64,000 nucleotides of DNA from a virus. Taxonomy: Duplodnaviria; Heunggongvirae; Uroviricota; Caudoviricetes. Under the pieces are notes generated by a model that was given only the letters and a program-made list of their open reading frames with translations, was not told where the DNA came from and did not search any database. The stretch covers positions 307,105 to 371,104 of the IMG/VR virus record IMGVR_UViG_3300042256_000013; one strand, 5' to 3'. The position numbers were made by a program, and so were the translations under genes. Shown one piece after another: positions 1-11,320 of the stretch; position 1 is the stretch's first letter; each line of letters starts with the position of its first letter.

Positions 1-2605
1 CAGTACCGATGAATACTCTATATAATTCTTCAGTTAACATAGTTTCACTGAATTGATATACAGCCGTACCTTCTATTACTGTTATGTACAAATAGAATGT
101 ACTATTAGCTGGATTACTTTTTATCGTACTTAAATCAACTGATTGAACTGGCATATCATGATATTTTCCTCCTAACAATACTGGTACTGTTTGGGTGAAA
201 TACACATTAAATCCTTGAGCAACATCTTGTGCAGCTACAACAATTCTTTCAATTGGTTCACTTGCAGGATTAGCTACCATTGCATCAAATTGAGAAACTG
301 TTGTTCCGAATAATTTAAATATCAACTTTGTTTTAACATCAGTAATATCACCATTCTCAAATAATCCAAAACCGACACCTGGTAGAACACCAACTTCGTA
401 TGAATTATTTAAACTCGAATTATATCCAGTTGGAATCATTTTTGGTGTTCCAGTAATTAATTTAGTACTGTTATCTACTTTACATACAATAGAGGATAAA
501 TTATCCGCACTTGTAACTACACAAGTACTTGAAGGAATTCCAACATATGTAAAATCATCATACTTTGCAACTATCAATCCTGGTTGTCTGTTTAACATTG
601 CTTGTCTTATACTAGATGCTGGGAGAGATCTTGTTATATATCTGGTACTTTCAATACTGTATACTGTAACTACATTATTAACAATTCCCAAATCTATTTC
701 AGCTAATAACAAATATGTATTTGATTGACCAGTTGGTGCATCAGTAATACCAGTAACTACTGCATAACTTTTTGTAAATGTATTTGGAACATAATAAAGT
801 ATAATATATGAATTAGTTGTGTTATACACTATATTCGATGCCTGATCTGATATAATTTCCTGTTTAATTGTAACTAATAAATTATTGTCAATAGAAAAAG
901 AATCACTAAATGAATAATTTGTTTGATCCATTACAGTACCACTGAACTTTGTTATATTTTCAATAAATGATGTACCATACACGGTACTGTTTCCAGTACC
1001 ATCGACTATTGTGACCATGTTAGAGTAACGATGGTCAGTGTTATCAAGAAGTTGACGATTTACATTTGGTGCAAATCCAGTTAAAGTATTTCCATTAACT
1101 ACTGATTTATATGGATATGTTCTGGTAGTTCCTAATGAAGTAACTACTGTATTATCTAATCCAAAATAATTTCCATTTTGTGTACCACTACAACAAATGA
1201 ATATTTTATCACGTGCTATAATTGTTGGATGTATTAAATTATCCCCAATAGGAGAACCGTATGTTGGATAAATTGAATTGACAATCGTGTTTGATAGTAC
1301 TCTATTTTGAATATTCCAAGTTTCATATAATGAAACAAATGAATTCAATGTTCCTTTAGAAACGATATGTTCAGTAAATGTATCGTGTCTTGCCATTGTA
1401 CATAACGACACTCCATCATTCGTTGTAAAGATTGTAGGAACTCTATTCAATGATGCGTTTAACGACAATCCTGATAAATTTTGCATATCAAAAAAGAATG
1501 GGTTATCGTAAGTAATTACTCCAGTACTTGAAGTTGTTATAGTAACTGGTGCTTGTGCAGAAGTATCATATGTGTATTGTTTTGTACTTGTATCGTACAC
1601 AAAACTGATACCACTCATTGTTCTAAGATTAGATTGCTGAGTTGCAGTTTCAATACCATGCATAAATGCAACACGTATATTATTTCCTGAACCTGCTGCC
1701 TGTAATGAACCTTCAACATTTCCCCAAAAAATAGATATTCCTCTATAAACATTTCCAGTTGGAATTATAATATATGGTTTATCTGAACTATTTTGACTAA
1801 AATACATATCAGCTAATTTAATATTAGGACTTGCAATTAATGTGTCACCATATAAATTTGTACCATTAAATCCAGTTACCTTTGTTAATGAAGTATAAAC
1901 TCCAGCTTTAACGTTAGCGACAGATATTGTATACAACGAAATAGCAAATTCTGATGTATTGTTGTATCCGTCTAAACACCAAATATAAACAACACCATTA
2001 TGTACCATTGCATATTGAGGGTCTGTATTAACAATTAATGATGCAGGAAATTCAACACTTTCATGTGAAATTGCATTTAATGTACCATTAGTTAATGAAA
2101 TACTGTACGTATTTTCTGTACCATTATTTGTGTGCATAAGCAATACATCACCGGCATTTGAACCAACAAACGAGTTCAATACATGATTAGATGTAAAAAA
2201 TGATGGTACAAATTTTTCATTAGTTTGAACTGGAGATAAAACACTACTTGTTCTAACACTGCTTTGATAGCAATAGTAGTACCCGAAAGTACTACCATTA
2301 GTTCCTGGTCGAAGATAAACCATTGTTCCGTCATTTTCTAAAATTACGGGTTGTATACCTTTTCCTGTATAGTTCGTGGCTCCTTCGAAGGAGCCATTAA
2401 TACTCATAGGTAGATAATCCATCGTACCTACTCTTGATATTGGAAGAATAGAAACTATTTCATCAAATTCAGTTTTTGTGTAATATGGAAAATCCAGATT
2501 ACCTTCAATATCAGGTGTTATATCGTTAACATCACGAATAACGTTAAGACCTTTTGTAGATATGTTTGCATCTACGCTTAGATCTCCATAAATTTTTTTA
2601 GACAT
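1..2605 (-). CDS. Tail fibre / baseplate-associated structural protein, 3' end outside window (paralog of 2619..5357)
   Basis: Not in ORF track. Start translated by hand from ATG at 2605: MSKKIYGDLSVDANISTKG...ILPISRVGTMDYLPMSINGSFEGAT...ILENDGTMVYLRPGTNG, which matches the neighbour's LPLSQYG...LLEEDGTLVFLRPGTNG. Confidence 0.7.
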   Translation of the reverse strand, partial: MSKKIYGDLSVDANISTKGLNVIRDVNDITPDIEGNLDFPYYTKTEFDEIVSILPISRVGTMDYLPMSINGSFEGATNYTGKGIQPVILENDGTMVYLRPGTNGSTFGYYYCYQSSVRTSSVLSPVQTNEKFVPSFFTSNHVLNSFVGSNAGDVLLMHTNNGTENTYSISLTNGTLNAISHESVEFPASLIVNTDPQYAMVHNGVVYIWCLDGYNNTSEFAISLYTISVANVKAGVYTSLTKVTGFNGTNLYGDTLIASPNIKLADMYFSQNSSDKPYIIIPTGNVYRGISIFWGNVEGSLQAAGSGNNIRVAFMHGIETATQQSNLRTMSGISFVYDTSTKQYTYDTSAQAPVTITTSSTGVITYDNPFFFDMQNLSGLSLNASLNRVPTIFTTNDGVSLCTMARHDTFTEHIVSKGTLNSFVSLYETWNIQNRVLSNTIVNSIYPTYGSPIGDNLIHPTIIARDKIFICCSGTQNGNYFGLDNTVVTSLGTTRTYPYKSVVNGNTLTGFAPNVNRQLLDNTDHRYSNMVTIVDGTGNSTVYGTSFIENITKFSGTVMDQTNYSFSDSFSIDNNLLVTIKQEIISDQASNIVYNTTNSYIILYYVPNTFTKSYAVVTGITDAPTGQSNTYLLLAEIDLGIVNNVVTVYSIESTRYITRSLPASSIRQAMLNRQPGLIVAKYDDFTYVGIPSSTCVVTSADNLSSIVCKVDNSTKLITGTPKMIPTGYNSSLNNSYEVGVLPGVGFGLFENGDITDVKTKLIFKLFGTTVSQFDAMVANPASEPIERIVVAAQDVAQGFNVYFTQTVPVLLGGKYHDMPVQSVDLSTIKSNPANSTFYLYITVIEGTAVYQFSETMLTEELYRVFIGT

Positions 2606-2618
2606 TGTAATTTCCTTA

Positions 2619-5357
2619 TTACCAACTTATGCTTCCGGGTTGCTGAGGGTATCCAGTACTGACAGGGAATGCAGAACCAATTTGTGTTTCACTTGGTCTA
2701 AAGATGTCAAATCTTGAAACTTTATTAATGTTTAAAGTAGTTACATTAGTACCATCAGTTGTTGCTGTTCCAATGTACATATTGGTACTTGTTTCACCTA
2801 ATTCAGTTTCAGATACATGATATGAAATAGTACCATTCAATTCTTGAACATATATGTAAAATGTACTATTTCCCGGATTTGCTTTAACATCGTTTAAATT
2901 TAACACTGTTATTGGTAATTCATAATATACACCATTTAAAAATACTGGTGTTCGTTCAGTTAAGTATATATAAAATCCAACTGTTACATCTTGTGAAAGA
3001 ATAACTATATCAGTTCCAGTTCCAGCAGCCATATTTGATGTAAATTGTGATAATGTATTTCCACAATTTTTAAATATTAATTTAGTTCCTTTATCCGTAG
3101 GACTAAACAGATAATATCCAAATCCTAAATTTGGTATATAACTATACTCACGTTGTGCATTAGAGTTGAATCCTATTATAAAAGTACTATCAGATACAAT
3201 AACGTTTGAAATTGTATTTCCATTAACAATTCCACAAACAGTGTGTATTTGAGAAGAACCGGGTATGGAATATGGAACTGTATAAGAAAATGATATATAT
3301 GTAAAATCTGCATATTTCACACATGATAGACCACTATGCTGCCTCATCTCATTTTGAATTAATATATTAATCATGTTTGTTTTTGGTTCATTCATAAAAA
3401 TAGTATTCATTGTAGCACTTAATACATTAGTACTGTTAGCAGTACAATCAACTGTAGCTGATAGAATTGCACCAACACCAGAACTATTATAAGCAGTTAC
3501 ACAAGCAATACTTTTACAGTAATCTGTTCTTGGTGAATAATATAATGATATTTTAGAATTTGTAATACCAGTTAATCCTGAACCAGAAATAATTGTATTT
3601 TTTAACGATGTTAAAATAGAATTATCTATTGTTAGTGTTTTATCATAAGATAATGTAGTTGGATCAAATTTATTACCAGTTGTTAATTGTGTACTTTCAA
3701 AAAACACTGTTCCATAAGATTCAACCATATTAGCATTATCATGATATGATAATTTAGATATTGCAAGATTTTCATTATTATCACCAAATGGCATTCTGTA
3801 AATTTGTGGGGCATATCCAGTAATAGTACCACGTTCAACGGAATTATATACATAATTTCTTGACGTTCCTATATCTGCAATTCCACGATCATATTTGGTA
3901 TATTGATTACCATTATATGTTCCAGTTCCAGAAAATAATATTCTGGTTGTGCTTATAGGTGATCCAGCAGTTAATTGATCACCAACTCTTGATGCAAATT
4001 CTGAATAAACATTAGTGTAATCTTGTAAACTAATAGTTCTATTTCTCATTTTATATGCATTTGCTTTATTAGTAAAATTAGAAATACTACATCTACTAAC
4101 CAAATATGTATCATCAAGAACATATTTTTCTTTTATTGAATATTGAATTCCGTTGTCAGTAACGAACATGGAATTTCCATTTCCATCAGCAACTTTTGTT
4201 CCAACTCCATATGTATTTGCTGAAGTTATAGAGTATGGATTATCCCAAGTAATTATTCCAGTACTTGCACCATTTGCATATATTGGTCTATTAGAAGTTA
4301 AATCAGTTGTGAAATTTCTGGTGATTACATTGTATGTAATAGTAATATTATACAATGTATCAACCCGTTGTGTATTATTAGCAGCAAATGCATTTGTATA
4401 AAATGAAAATATTATATTAGTTCCATCGTAATATGCTTTACCTCTACCAACTAATGAATAAGTATATCCTGCACAATTAGCTATAGTATTGTTATATTTT
4501 ATAAATGAATTAATTCCACTTTGAGTAGTTGCAGTATATACATCAGAAATTCTAATTACATTTCCTGGAGTTGCTGAACCATATAACGTATTTCCAGTAA
4601 TGCCAGAAATTTGTTCAATAGTTGTGATTGCCCCGCTTTCAATTTGAGATGTTGGAATACGATAAAATACAAATTGAAGTGGATCATTATTATTAGGATT
4701 TATTACTAAAGGACCACCATATGTACTGGTATATAATGCAATTATATACACATAAGAATCAACTTTTAATGCAGTTAAAATATTATAAGGTATTGCTGAT
4801 GATGGAAATGATGCAGATTTGTGATTAGTTTTATCAAGAGTTCCATATGTTAATACTACTGATAATATATTATTTTGTAAATCATGATACAATAAAGTAT
4901 CTTTTGTATAAGAATCATAGAATAAAATGTCATTAGACGAACCTTCATAATATGGTCTTATGGTTGGATATGGAGAAGTATTCATATCAGGATTATTAAT
5001 ATAAGTGTAATAATAATTAATTTTATTACCATTAGTACCTGGTCTTAAAAATACCAAAGTTCCATCTTCTTCTAACAGAATAGGCATACTTGAATAATAT
5101 GCTACAGTACTACCACCTTCATATGATCCAGATGCACCAACTGGTAAATTATTTAAAGCCCCATATTGAGATAATGGTAACTGTTTTAGAACATTATCAA
5201 TATCAATTCCTGTAGCTATTGGTAATTCAACATGACCATCAATATCTGCATGGAAAATTTCAGATTCAGATTCTAACTTAATACCGGTTCCAACTATTTT
5301 ATTTTGTACTGTCAGATTGTTTCTGACATTTACATTTCCTTTTATTTTATAAGCCAT
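2619..5357 (-). CDS. Putative tail fibre / structural protein (912 aa, T/S/N-rich beta protein)
   Basis: Composition, position behind a late promoter, N- and C-termini shared with flanking paralogs (C-term GSAFPVSTGYPQQPGSISW). Confidence 0.65.
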   Translation of the reverse strand: MAYKIKGNVNVRNNLTVQNKIVGTGIKLESESEIFHADIDGHVELPIATGIDIDNVLKQLPLSQYGALNNLPVGASGSYEGGSTVAYYSSMPILLEEDGTLVFLRPGTNGNKINYYYTYINNPDMNTSPYPTIRPYYEGSSNDILFYDSYTKDTLLYHDLQNNILSVVLTYGTLDKTNHKSASFPSSAIPYNILTALKVDSYVYIIALYTSTYGGPLVINPNNNDPLQFVFYRIPTSQIESGAITTIEQISGITGNTLYGSATPGNVIRISDVYTATTQSGINSFIKYNNTIANCAGYTYSLVGRGKAYYDGTNIIFSFYTNAFAANNTQRVDTLYNITITYNVITRNFTTDLTSNRPIYANGASTGIITWDNPYSITSANTYGVGTKVADGNGNSMFVTDNGIQYSIKEKYVLDDTYLVSRCSISNFTNKANAYKMRNRTISLQDYTNVYSEFASRVGDQLTAGSPISTTRILFSGTGTYNGNQYTKYDRGIADIGTSRNYVYNSVERGTITGYAPQIYRMPFGDNNENLAISKLSYHDNANMVESYGTVFFESTQLTTGNKFDPTTLSYDKTLTIDNSILTSLKNTIISGSGLTGITNSKISLYYSPRTDYCKSIACVTAYNSSGVGAILSATVDCTANSTNVLSATMNTIFMNEPKTNMINILIQNEMRQHSGLSCVKYADFTYISFSYTVPYSIPGSSQIHTVCGIVNGNTISNVIVSDSTFIIGFNSNAQREYSYIPNLGFGYYLFSPTDKGTKLIFKNCGNTLSQFTSNMAAGTGTDIVILSQDVTVGFYIYLTERTPVFLNGVYYELPITVLNLNDVKANPGNSTFYIYVQELNGTISYHVSETELGETSTNMYIGTATTDGTNVTTLNINKVSRFDIFRPSETQIGSAFPVSTGYPQQPGSISW

Positions 5358-5366
5358 TATAATCCC

Positions 5367-5939
5367 TTACCAATTTATGGTTCCATTTTGTGTTGGTAAT
5401 CCATTACTTACCGGGAAAGATGAACCAGCAGAATTATATGCTGGACTAAACACATCTAATCTTTTTCTTGCATTTATATTAATACCACCAATGGTTGTAA
5501 TATTTGTAAAAAGTATTCCAATCCAAAAAATATTGTACGCAGATGAACCTGATTCAGAAATAACATCTTCAGAAATTAGATACTTAGCTAATCCTTGTTC
5601 TAATGTAATATAAACATAATATGTTGTATTAGCTGGATTAGGTTTAATTGTAGTTAAATTAATATTTGTTTGCGGTAATGTAAAAACTTTACCAGATAAT
5701 AAAACATCAGTTTCATCATTAAATTGAACAGTGTATCCAGAACTGGTAATATTTCCAGGCTCAAAATGTGATAGTGGTAATACACTTAGTATTTTATTGA
5801 AATAGTCTATTCTGAAAGTATCTATACTAGCATTTCCTGTTCCATCAAATGCTGTATCATTTACTGAACGTGCTAAGTTTTTAGAACCAGCTTCAGCATG
5901 TCTACCAACTTCCATATTCCCTTTAATTTGTAATGCCAT
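5367..5939 (-). CDS. Short paralog of the tail-fibre-like family (N- and C-terminal modules only)
   Basis: MALQIKGNMEV start, LPLSHF, NPANTTYYVYI, GSSFPVSNGLPTQNGTINW all match 2619..5357. Confidence 0.65.
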   Translation of the reverse strand: MALQIKGNMEVGRHAEAGSKNLARSVNDTAFDGTGNASIDTFRIDYFNKILSVLPLSHFEPGNITSSGYTVQFNDETDVLLSGKVFTLPQTNINLTTIKPNPANTTYYVYITLEQGLAKYLISEDVISESGSSAYNIFWIGILFTNITTIGGININARKRLDVFSPAYNSAGSSFPVSNGLPTQNGTINW

Positions 5940-5972
5940 AATATCCTCATCTTTGACAGAATTTCATTATTG

Positions 5973-5980
5973 TATTTATG
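5973..5980 (-). promoter_or_regulatory. T4-type late promoter (CATAAATA)
   Basis: TAAATA core ~35 nt upstream of the structural genes, just downstream of a terminator. Confidence 0.55.
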
Positions 5981-5992
5981 GACTATATAAAC

Positions 5993-6015
5993 AAAAAAAG
6001 CACCCATTGGGTGCT
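5993..6015 (-). terminator. Intrinsic terminator
   Basis: AGCACCCA/TGGGTGCT stem followed by a T-run on the minus strand. Confidence 0.75.
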
Positions 6016-6188
6016 TATTCTTCATCAGGATCGTAGTCCGGTGCAATGTATGTTACAGTAACAATGAATGTTCCATGAGCATCACCAAATGCGTCAGTAA
6101 CTACATCGTCATTATCAATGAAATCGATTGGATCAATTGACTCAACCTGATTACCCTGAAATGTTTTATTGTATATAACTTTACTCAT
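6015..6188 (-). CDS. Small acidic hypothetical protein (57 aa)
   Basis: Hand-translated MSKVIYNKTFQG...PDYDPDEE, start overlaps the nrdG stop. Confidence 0.6.
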   Translation of the reverse strand: MSKVIYNKTFQGNQVESIDPIDFIDNDDVVTDAFGDAHGTFIVTVTYIAPDYDPDEE

Positions 6189-6654
6189 AATCTTTACCTT
6201 TTACCAGTACTCTTTGATTTTCTGAACCTCTGAATGGAAGTTTAAGGTTCTTGAGTTCTTCAACAAATTTACCATCAACAAGTACGTCAACGTAATTCAG
6301 AACATCATGAGCATGATTTTCTAGTACTTCTTCCAGTGTATAACCAGTCCAGCACCAAATATTTTTTGTTGGGAATTCTTCTTTCACAATCCTACACAAA
6401 TCAAGAACAGTACTGATATTTTTAGTCATCAGTGCATCTCCACCAAGTAGAGTTAAACCCTCTACATAAGGCTTAGAGAGTTCTAATAGGATTGTATTAA
6501 TTTGTTCTTCCCCAAATGGTGTTCCTGAACGATAATCCCAAGCTTCTTCATTGAAACAACCAGGACAACCGTGACTACAACCTGATACATATAAACTGAC
6601 ACGAACACCAGTGCCATTTATAAGGTCGTCTTTTACTATTGTTTGATAATTCAT
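6181..6654 (-). CDS. nrdG: Anaerobic ribonucleotide reductase activase (radical SAM)
   Basis: NGTGVRVSLYVSGCSHGCPGCFN (CxxxCxxC), FRGSENQR. Confidence 0.95.
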   Translation of the reverse strand: MNYQTIVKDDLINGTGVRVSLYVSGCSHGCPGCFNEEAWDYRSGTPFGEEQINTILLELSKPYVEGLTLLGGDALMTKNISTVLDLCRIVKEEFPTKNIWCWTGYTLEEVLENHAHDVLNYVDVLVDGKFVEELKNLKLPFRGSENQRVLVKGKDYE

Positions 6655-8250
6655 TAATAATTGCTCATAAGCAGTACCTGAGTATCAAAGATTTCATCGT
6701 AGTACGTAATACTTTCCAGAAATTCTATTGCAGATTCCCGGTCTTTGAACCTCATAAATTTGTCACCATCATCACAACCAACGAACATAACAACAAATTT
6801 GTTTTCATTGTAGTTCTTAATATAGTCATCACGATAAATTTCATGATGTAGTACTGAATTATAACTGGTTTTTGGAGATAACGTTTCTTGCATGTAGTAT
6901 TCTTCTTCAGAAGTCATCCAATCTTCCCAAATATGATAATGATAGCAAGGAACCACTCGCCTATGTTCAGCTTCTGGATGCATATTTTCGCATGAATAAT
7001 AACTTATTGCTCGAAAATCTTCATCAAATACTGGAAGGTAGCCTAACAACCGATCTGAATTGTAGCAGAATGTCCAATTCACATTAACTTTATCGTGTAT
7101 CATGATTTATTCCTTAGAGAATATTGGTACATAAGAGTTTATTTTGGTACAATATATCAACGCATCGCGAGTACTTCCACTAAAATTACTATCATCAATG
7201 ATAATAGAATTTTGTTTAACTACAGTTCTCTCGAACAGATGTTTAATGTATTTGTCACGTTGTGTTGCTTTCAACATATTAATTTTAAATGTTGAACCCA
7301 TTTCTTCCATACGTGATAAGTGACTACGTAATTCAGCTTTTTGAAGACCCAGCGTAGGTGCAAGGTCTTTAAAGTACTGAATATCGTTTTTCTTTGCAAT
7401 CCTTATATCTCTATCTAATAATTGCACCACTTTCAGTACAAAATCAGAAGAACTTTCTGGAATGATAATAGTACTTTTCTTCTTTACATATGGCCTAAAA
7501 GCACAACTGATTGTATGAATCATTGTATTGCGATTTTCGCCTAAAGAATAGCCATATTTTTCTTTTAGAGCAAAATATAGCAGCATGTTTTCACGTTTTG
7601 TCAAGTCGAATGGAATCATATTAGATATTCATAAGGTTAAAGATAACGCCACTTCCTGCATAGAATGGCTTAATTTTTCCAGCAATATCATCTAAAGCAT
7701 AGAAAGCAGGATACGTATCGCCGTTGATAGTTATAAAATAGTTCCCAAAAGACAAATCATGAACATGGTTCAATGTTGTAACTTGGTCTACATCGTTACT
7801 GTACTTTGTAAAGTAAAATTCATCATCACCCATATATGAAGTGAATTCGTCGATGTTTCCTTTGCGAACTGGTTTAGATGCAACGTATAGTATCTTACCT
7901 TCACCATGATCTTTAGTTACAATTGTTGGTTTGATCTGAGTGAACTTACTAACTACTAATTCAATATGGTCAGCAGACTGATTGTAAGTATAATCAGAAA
8001 CATGTTCCATGTAATAATCAAGTAATTCATATAACCCATTTTTCGCTTCAAGTAATAGATTAATTTGTGCTATTGATTCTTTAGCTTTATCTAAGAAATA
8101 AGAATTGTCTTCAATTTTATCGAAGGTTTCCAAAATATCTGGAATATTACCTCGAATACTTTCTACTGTAATTTTTCCTTCGCCAATTCCTGTAATTAAT
8201 TTAGATAATGTTTCTGCTACTTTTTGTTTACTTTGAGTTAAATTTTCCAT
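6654..8250 (-). CDS. Three hypothetical genes between nrdD and nrdG (6654..7103, 7107..7619, 7621..8250)
   Basis: Abutting ORFs; the third most likely starts at MENLTQ (8250), just after the nrdD stop. Confidence 0.6.
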
Positions 8251-8251
8251 T

Positions 8252-10057
8252 TTAGCTTCCGTGTTTGATTCTTTGTATAACTTCTTGTTGTTTACCAGTA
8301 TTGAAAGGTCTACTATTCGGTGCACTAAGATAACCAGAAACTCTACGAATAACTGACATAGTACCTTCTTCTCGGTTATCACATTGTGGACAATGGAACC
8401 CGACTTTATCTACCGAAAATTCACCTTCAAAATCGCACTTATAACATTTATCGACAGGTTGATTAATCCCAAAATATGGAATACGGTCATACGCATAATC
8501 AATTAGTACTTCTAAGGCTTTCAAATTGTTAGAAAGATTTGGAGTCTCTACATAACTGATGTTTCCACCATTACTTAAGTACGCAAAACTTTCTTCGTAA
8601 TCAAATTTACTGAAAGGAGATGATTCAATCCATACTGGTTGGTGGAATGAATTTGTTATAAAATCTCTCTTTAGTACATTTGGGTATTTTTCTTCTATTG
8701 CTTTCGCAAATTTATAACATAAGCTCTCTGCTGGCGTTCCATATAAACTAAATGCGATAGTACTTTCATCTTTGAATTGTTCACATTTGTATTTCATATA
8801 GTGCAAGATGGATTTACAATAATCCTTACTTAACTGTCCAAGCATAATTTCAGAACATTCAGCTAATCCAACATATCCAATACTGATACTTGCGTATCCA
8901 TTATAGAATAATTGATCAATTGTATCATCAGCATTCAATCTAGCAATAGCACCTTCCATAAACATAGTAGGGTTTTGACGAGCTTTCATTGTTTTCAATC
9001 GTTCTACACGATTCATTTGTGCTCGGTAAGCCATTGTCATGTGATAATCCAATTTACCGAAGAATTCACCATCGGATTTAGATTCAAGAGCAAGTAATGG
9101 GAGATTAATAGATACTACACCTAAGTTAAATCTTCCATCATATTGTTCAGTACCTTCATTTTCCCATTTTCCAAGGAATGAACGACAACCCATAGGGGAA
9201 ACGGCAATAGAAGTACTGCCAGTTACTTTCTTGTTTAATGGTACTGATACGAAATCTGGATAAATTCTCTTAGCACTTGTTTTAAGTGCTTGCTGTTTAA
9301 GGTCATAATTAGGATCAGACTCTTTCATGTTCACACCATCTTCTAAGAAGAAGACAACTTTAGGAAACACTGGAGTACTGCCATCTACACCTAAACCTTT
9401 CTCATGTACTTTTAAGTACGAATCAGTAATCATCTTACCAAATTTAGAGGTGTTTAGACCCATTGTAATAGTTACAAACGGGGTTTGACCGTTACTGCTT
9501 GTGATGGTATTAACCTGGTACAGAAGTGCTTGCATAGCGTCGTACACCTCTTTCTGGAGGGTCTTCTGTACGTATTCATCCGGTAGACCGAATTCTTTTT
9601 GTTGCTCCAGAAGCTTGTTATAGGACTTCTGAACGTATGGTTCAAGACCAAAATCAATATGTGCAAGTGTTTGACCACCGTATTGACTTGCGGAAACTGC
9701 CAGTACTATTTGTGTTAGTACAGTACTTGCTACACCAATACTATTAGGTGTACCAACTTGTGCATTACCAATCTTGAAACCATTTTCTAACATATCTCTG
9801 TAATTAACTAAACAACAGTTAGTCAAAGGGCTTATGAAATAGTCTAGATCGTGTATATGACCATATCCATTCTTGTGCCAAAGCATAAGTTCTTCTGAGA
9901 TTTCATCCTCTGCATAATGCTTAGATAAAATACCTGCTAGTAAGTCACGATGCGTGTTTACAATCTTCGCATCCTTATTAGCATTCTCATTCATTATATC
10001 TTTATTACTTTGGTTTATTAGTGCGGATACATCATTAAACAGTCTATCGTTATTCAT
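8252..10057 (-). CDS. nrdD: Class III anaerobic ribonucleoside-triphosphate reductase
   Basis: HIHDLDY, NCCLV, MGCRSFL, GRFNLGVVSINLP, C-terminal CxxC/CxxC and RRVSGYL glycyl-radical motif. Confidence 0.97.
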   Translation of the reverse strand: MNNDRLFNDVSALINQSNKDIMNENANKDAKIVNTHRDLLAGILSKHYAEDEISEELMLWHKNGYGHIHDLDYFISPLTNCCLVNYRDMLENGFKIGNAQVGTPNSIGVASTVLTQIVLAVSASQYGGQTLAHIDFGLEPYVQKSYNKLLEQQKEFGLPDEYVQKTLQKEVYDAMQALLYQVNTITSSNGQTPFVTITMGLNTSKFGKMITDSYLKVHEKGLGVDGSTPVFPKVVFFLEDGVNMKESDPNYDLKQQALKTSAKRIYPDFVSVPLNKKVTGSTSIAVSPMGCRSFLGKWENEGTEQYDGRFNLGVVSINLPLLALESKSDGEFFGKLDYHMTMAYRAQMNRVERLKTMKARQNPTMFMEGAIARLNADDTIDQLFYNGYASISIGYVGLAECSEIMLGQLSKDYCKSILHYMKYKCEQFKDESTIAFSLYGTPAESLCYKFAKAIEEKYPNVLKRDFITNSFHQPVWIESSPFSKFDYEESFAYLSNGGNISYVETPNLSNNLKALEVLIDYAYDRIPYFGINQPVDKCYKCDFEGEFSVDKVGFHCPQCDNREEGTMSVIRRVSGYLSAPNSRPFNTGKQQEVIQRIKHGS

Positions 10058-10107
10058 AAGACACTCCTTGTCAAATTGTTAGGTAGTTTATTTAAACCAC
10101 TTAAAAT

Positions 10108-10135
10108 AAAAATACCCCATATGAAGGGGTATTTT
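10108..10135 (-). terminator. Intrinsic terminator upstream of nrdD; a TAAATA late-promoter core follows at 10089-10096
   Basis: AAAATACCCC-N7-GGGGTATTTT hairpin. Confidence 0.65.
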
Positions 10136-10286
10136 CTTTGATCTAGATCAAGGTTTTGGGACTTTGGTTAACGTTTGTTCAGGAAGCTACAGAAGTCCAA
10201 AACAAATAATATTGCCATTACTCCGATTGAACTTAGTGTTACAACGTAGAACCAAAACAACGCCATCAAAATATCATGCCACATGA

Positions 10287-10844
10287 TTAGACTCCTTTAG
10301 CTTGAAATCCGTATGTTTTGCTTAGTATTTCAAGAATTATTGTTGGCATTTCTTCGTGAGTATATTCACGCATATCGATGAATGGAATATTCATCTCTTC
10401 GAGATTTTTCACAAAGATTGCATCAAGCTCTTTAGCTTCTTCTAAAGTCTGAGATCGACCGTACTGATCATATTCAGGCTTACGAGGAAGTAAGAATACA
10501 ATATTATCGTACTGCTGATATAATTCGAATGCAATTTCAGTACTGATATTATCATAATCATCATAGAATTCATTGTACATGATACCATTCAGTAATGAAG
10601 CATCAGATACAACAAAATCCACCTTTCCATTTAAACGGAATAGGCGGTGATTCTGTTGAGCAGTAATAAGAACCTGATCTTGCATTGCCATTTTATTTTC
10701 ATCATAAACATAGTCTTTGATTACTTCAGTAACAATTTCAACTTTCTGTTTAGATTTAAGTTTAAGTGCTGCAAATAGGCCAGCAGCAGTTGTTGATTTA
10801 CCACAACATGGTCCACCAACAAGATTAATAACAACTGTATTCAT
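10287..10844 (-). CDS. P-loop nucleoside/nucleotide kinase (NadR/AAA_28-like)
   Basis: INLVGGPCCGKST Walker A; YDQYGRSQTLEEA; start moved to MNTVV. Confidence 0.75.
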   Translation of the reverse strand: MNTVVINLVGGPCCGKSTTAAGLFAALKLKSKQKVEIVTEVIKDYVYDENKMAMQDQVLITAQQNHRLFRLNGKVDFVVSDASLLNGIMYNEFYDDYDNISTEIAFELYQQYDNIVFLLPRKPEYDQYGRSQTLEEAKELDAIFVKNLEEMNIPFIDMREYTHEEMPTIILEILSKTYGFQAKGV

Positions 10845-11320
10845 TTTAAGCCTCCATGTAACCCAATGAATCGTCTGTACCACATTAATAGTGGCCCATT
10901 AAAATCTTCATTATATTTTGAACTTCTTAATTTATTATGTATAGAAATTTTAAATTTGAAGTTTTGTACCGTTGAATATGTATTTTCTTCTTTATCTAAT
11001 AGAATAAGTTCAAATAACAGTTTAACGGTTTTCAAATACATTTCTGATTCTCCACCTAATTCGAATATTGCAATAATATCATCTAAACATTCACGAGGTG
11101 TTTTCATATTACTTACGCCAATCATTTTTAGATGCTTCGTAGTTTTTTACCCATTCATCTATTGCTTCAAGAAATGGAATAACTTCTTCTTCCATTTGAC
11201 GATTTAGTTTTTTACGTTCTTCTGCACGGTGGCGAGATAAACAATCATTAATCAGTTTATCAGTAGTTTCTTCATCCAGTACGATAAGATTTTGGTTACT
11301 CATTTTGTTCTCCGAAGATT

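Noticed and set aside
10112-10130. Possible NrdR box upstream of nrdD
   Set aside because: Poor match to the NrdR consensus; better explained as a terminator hairpin.
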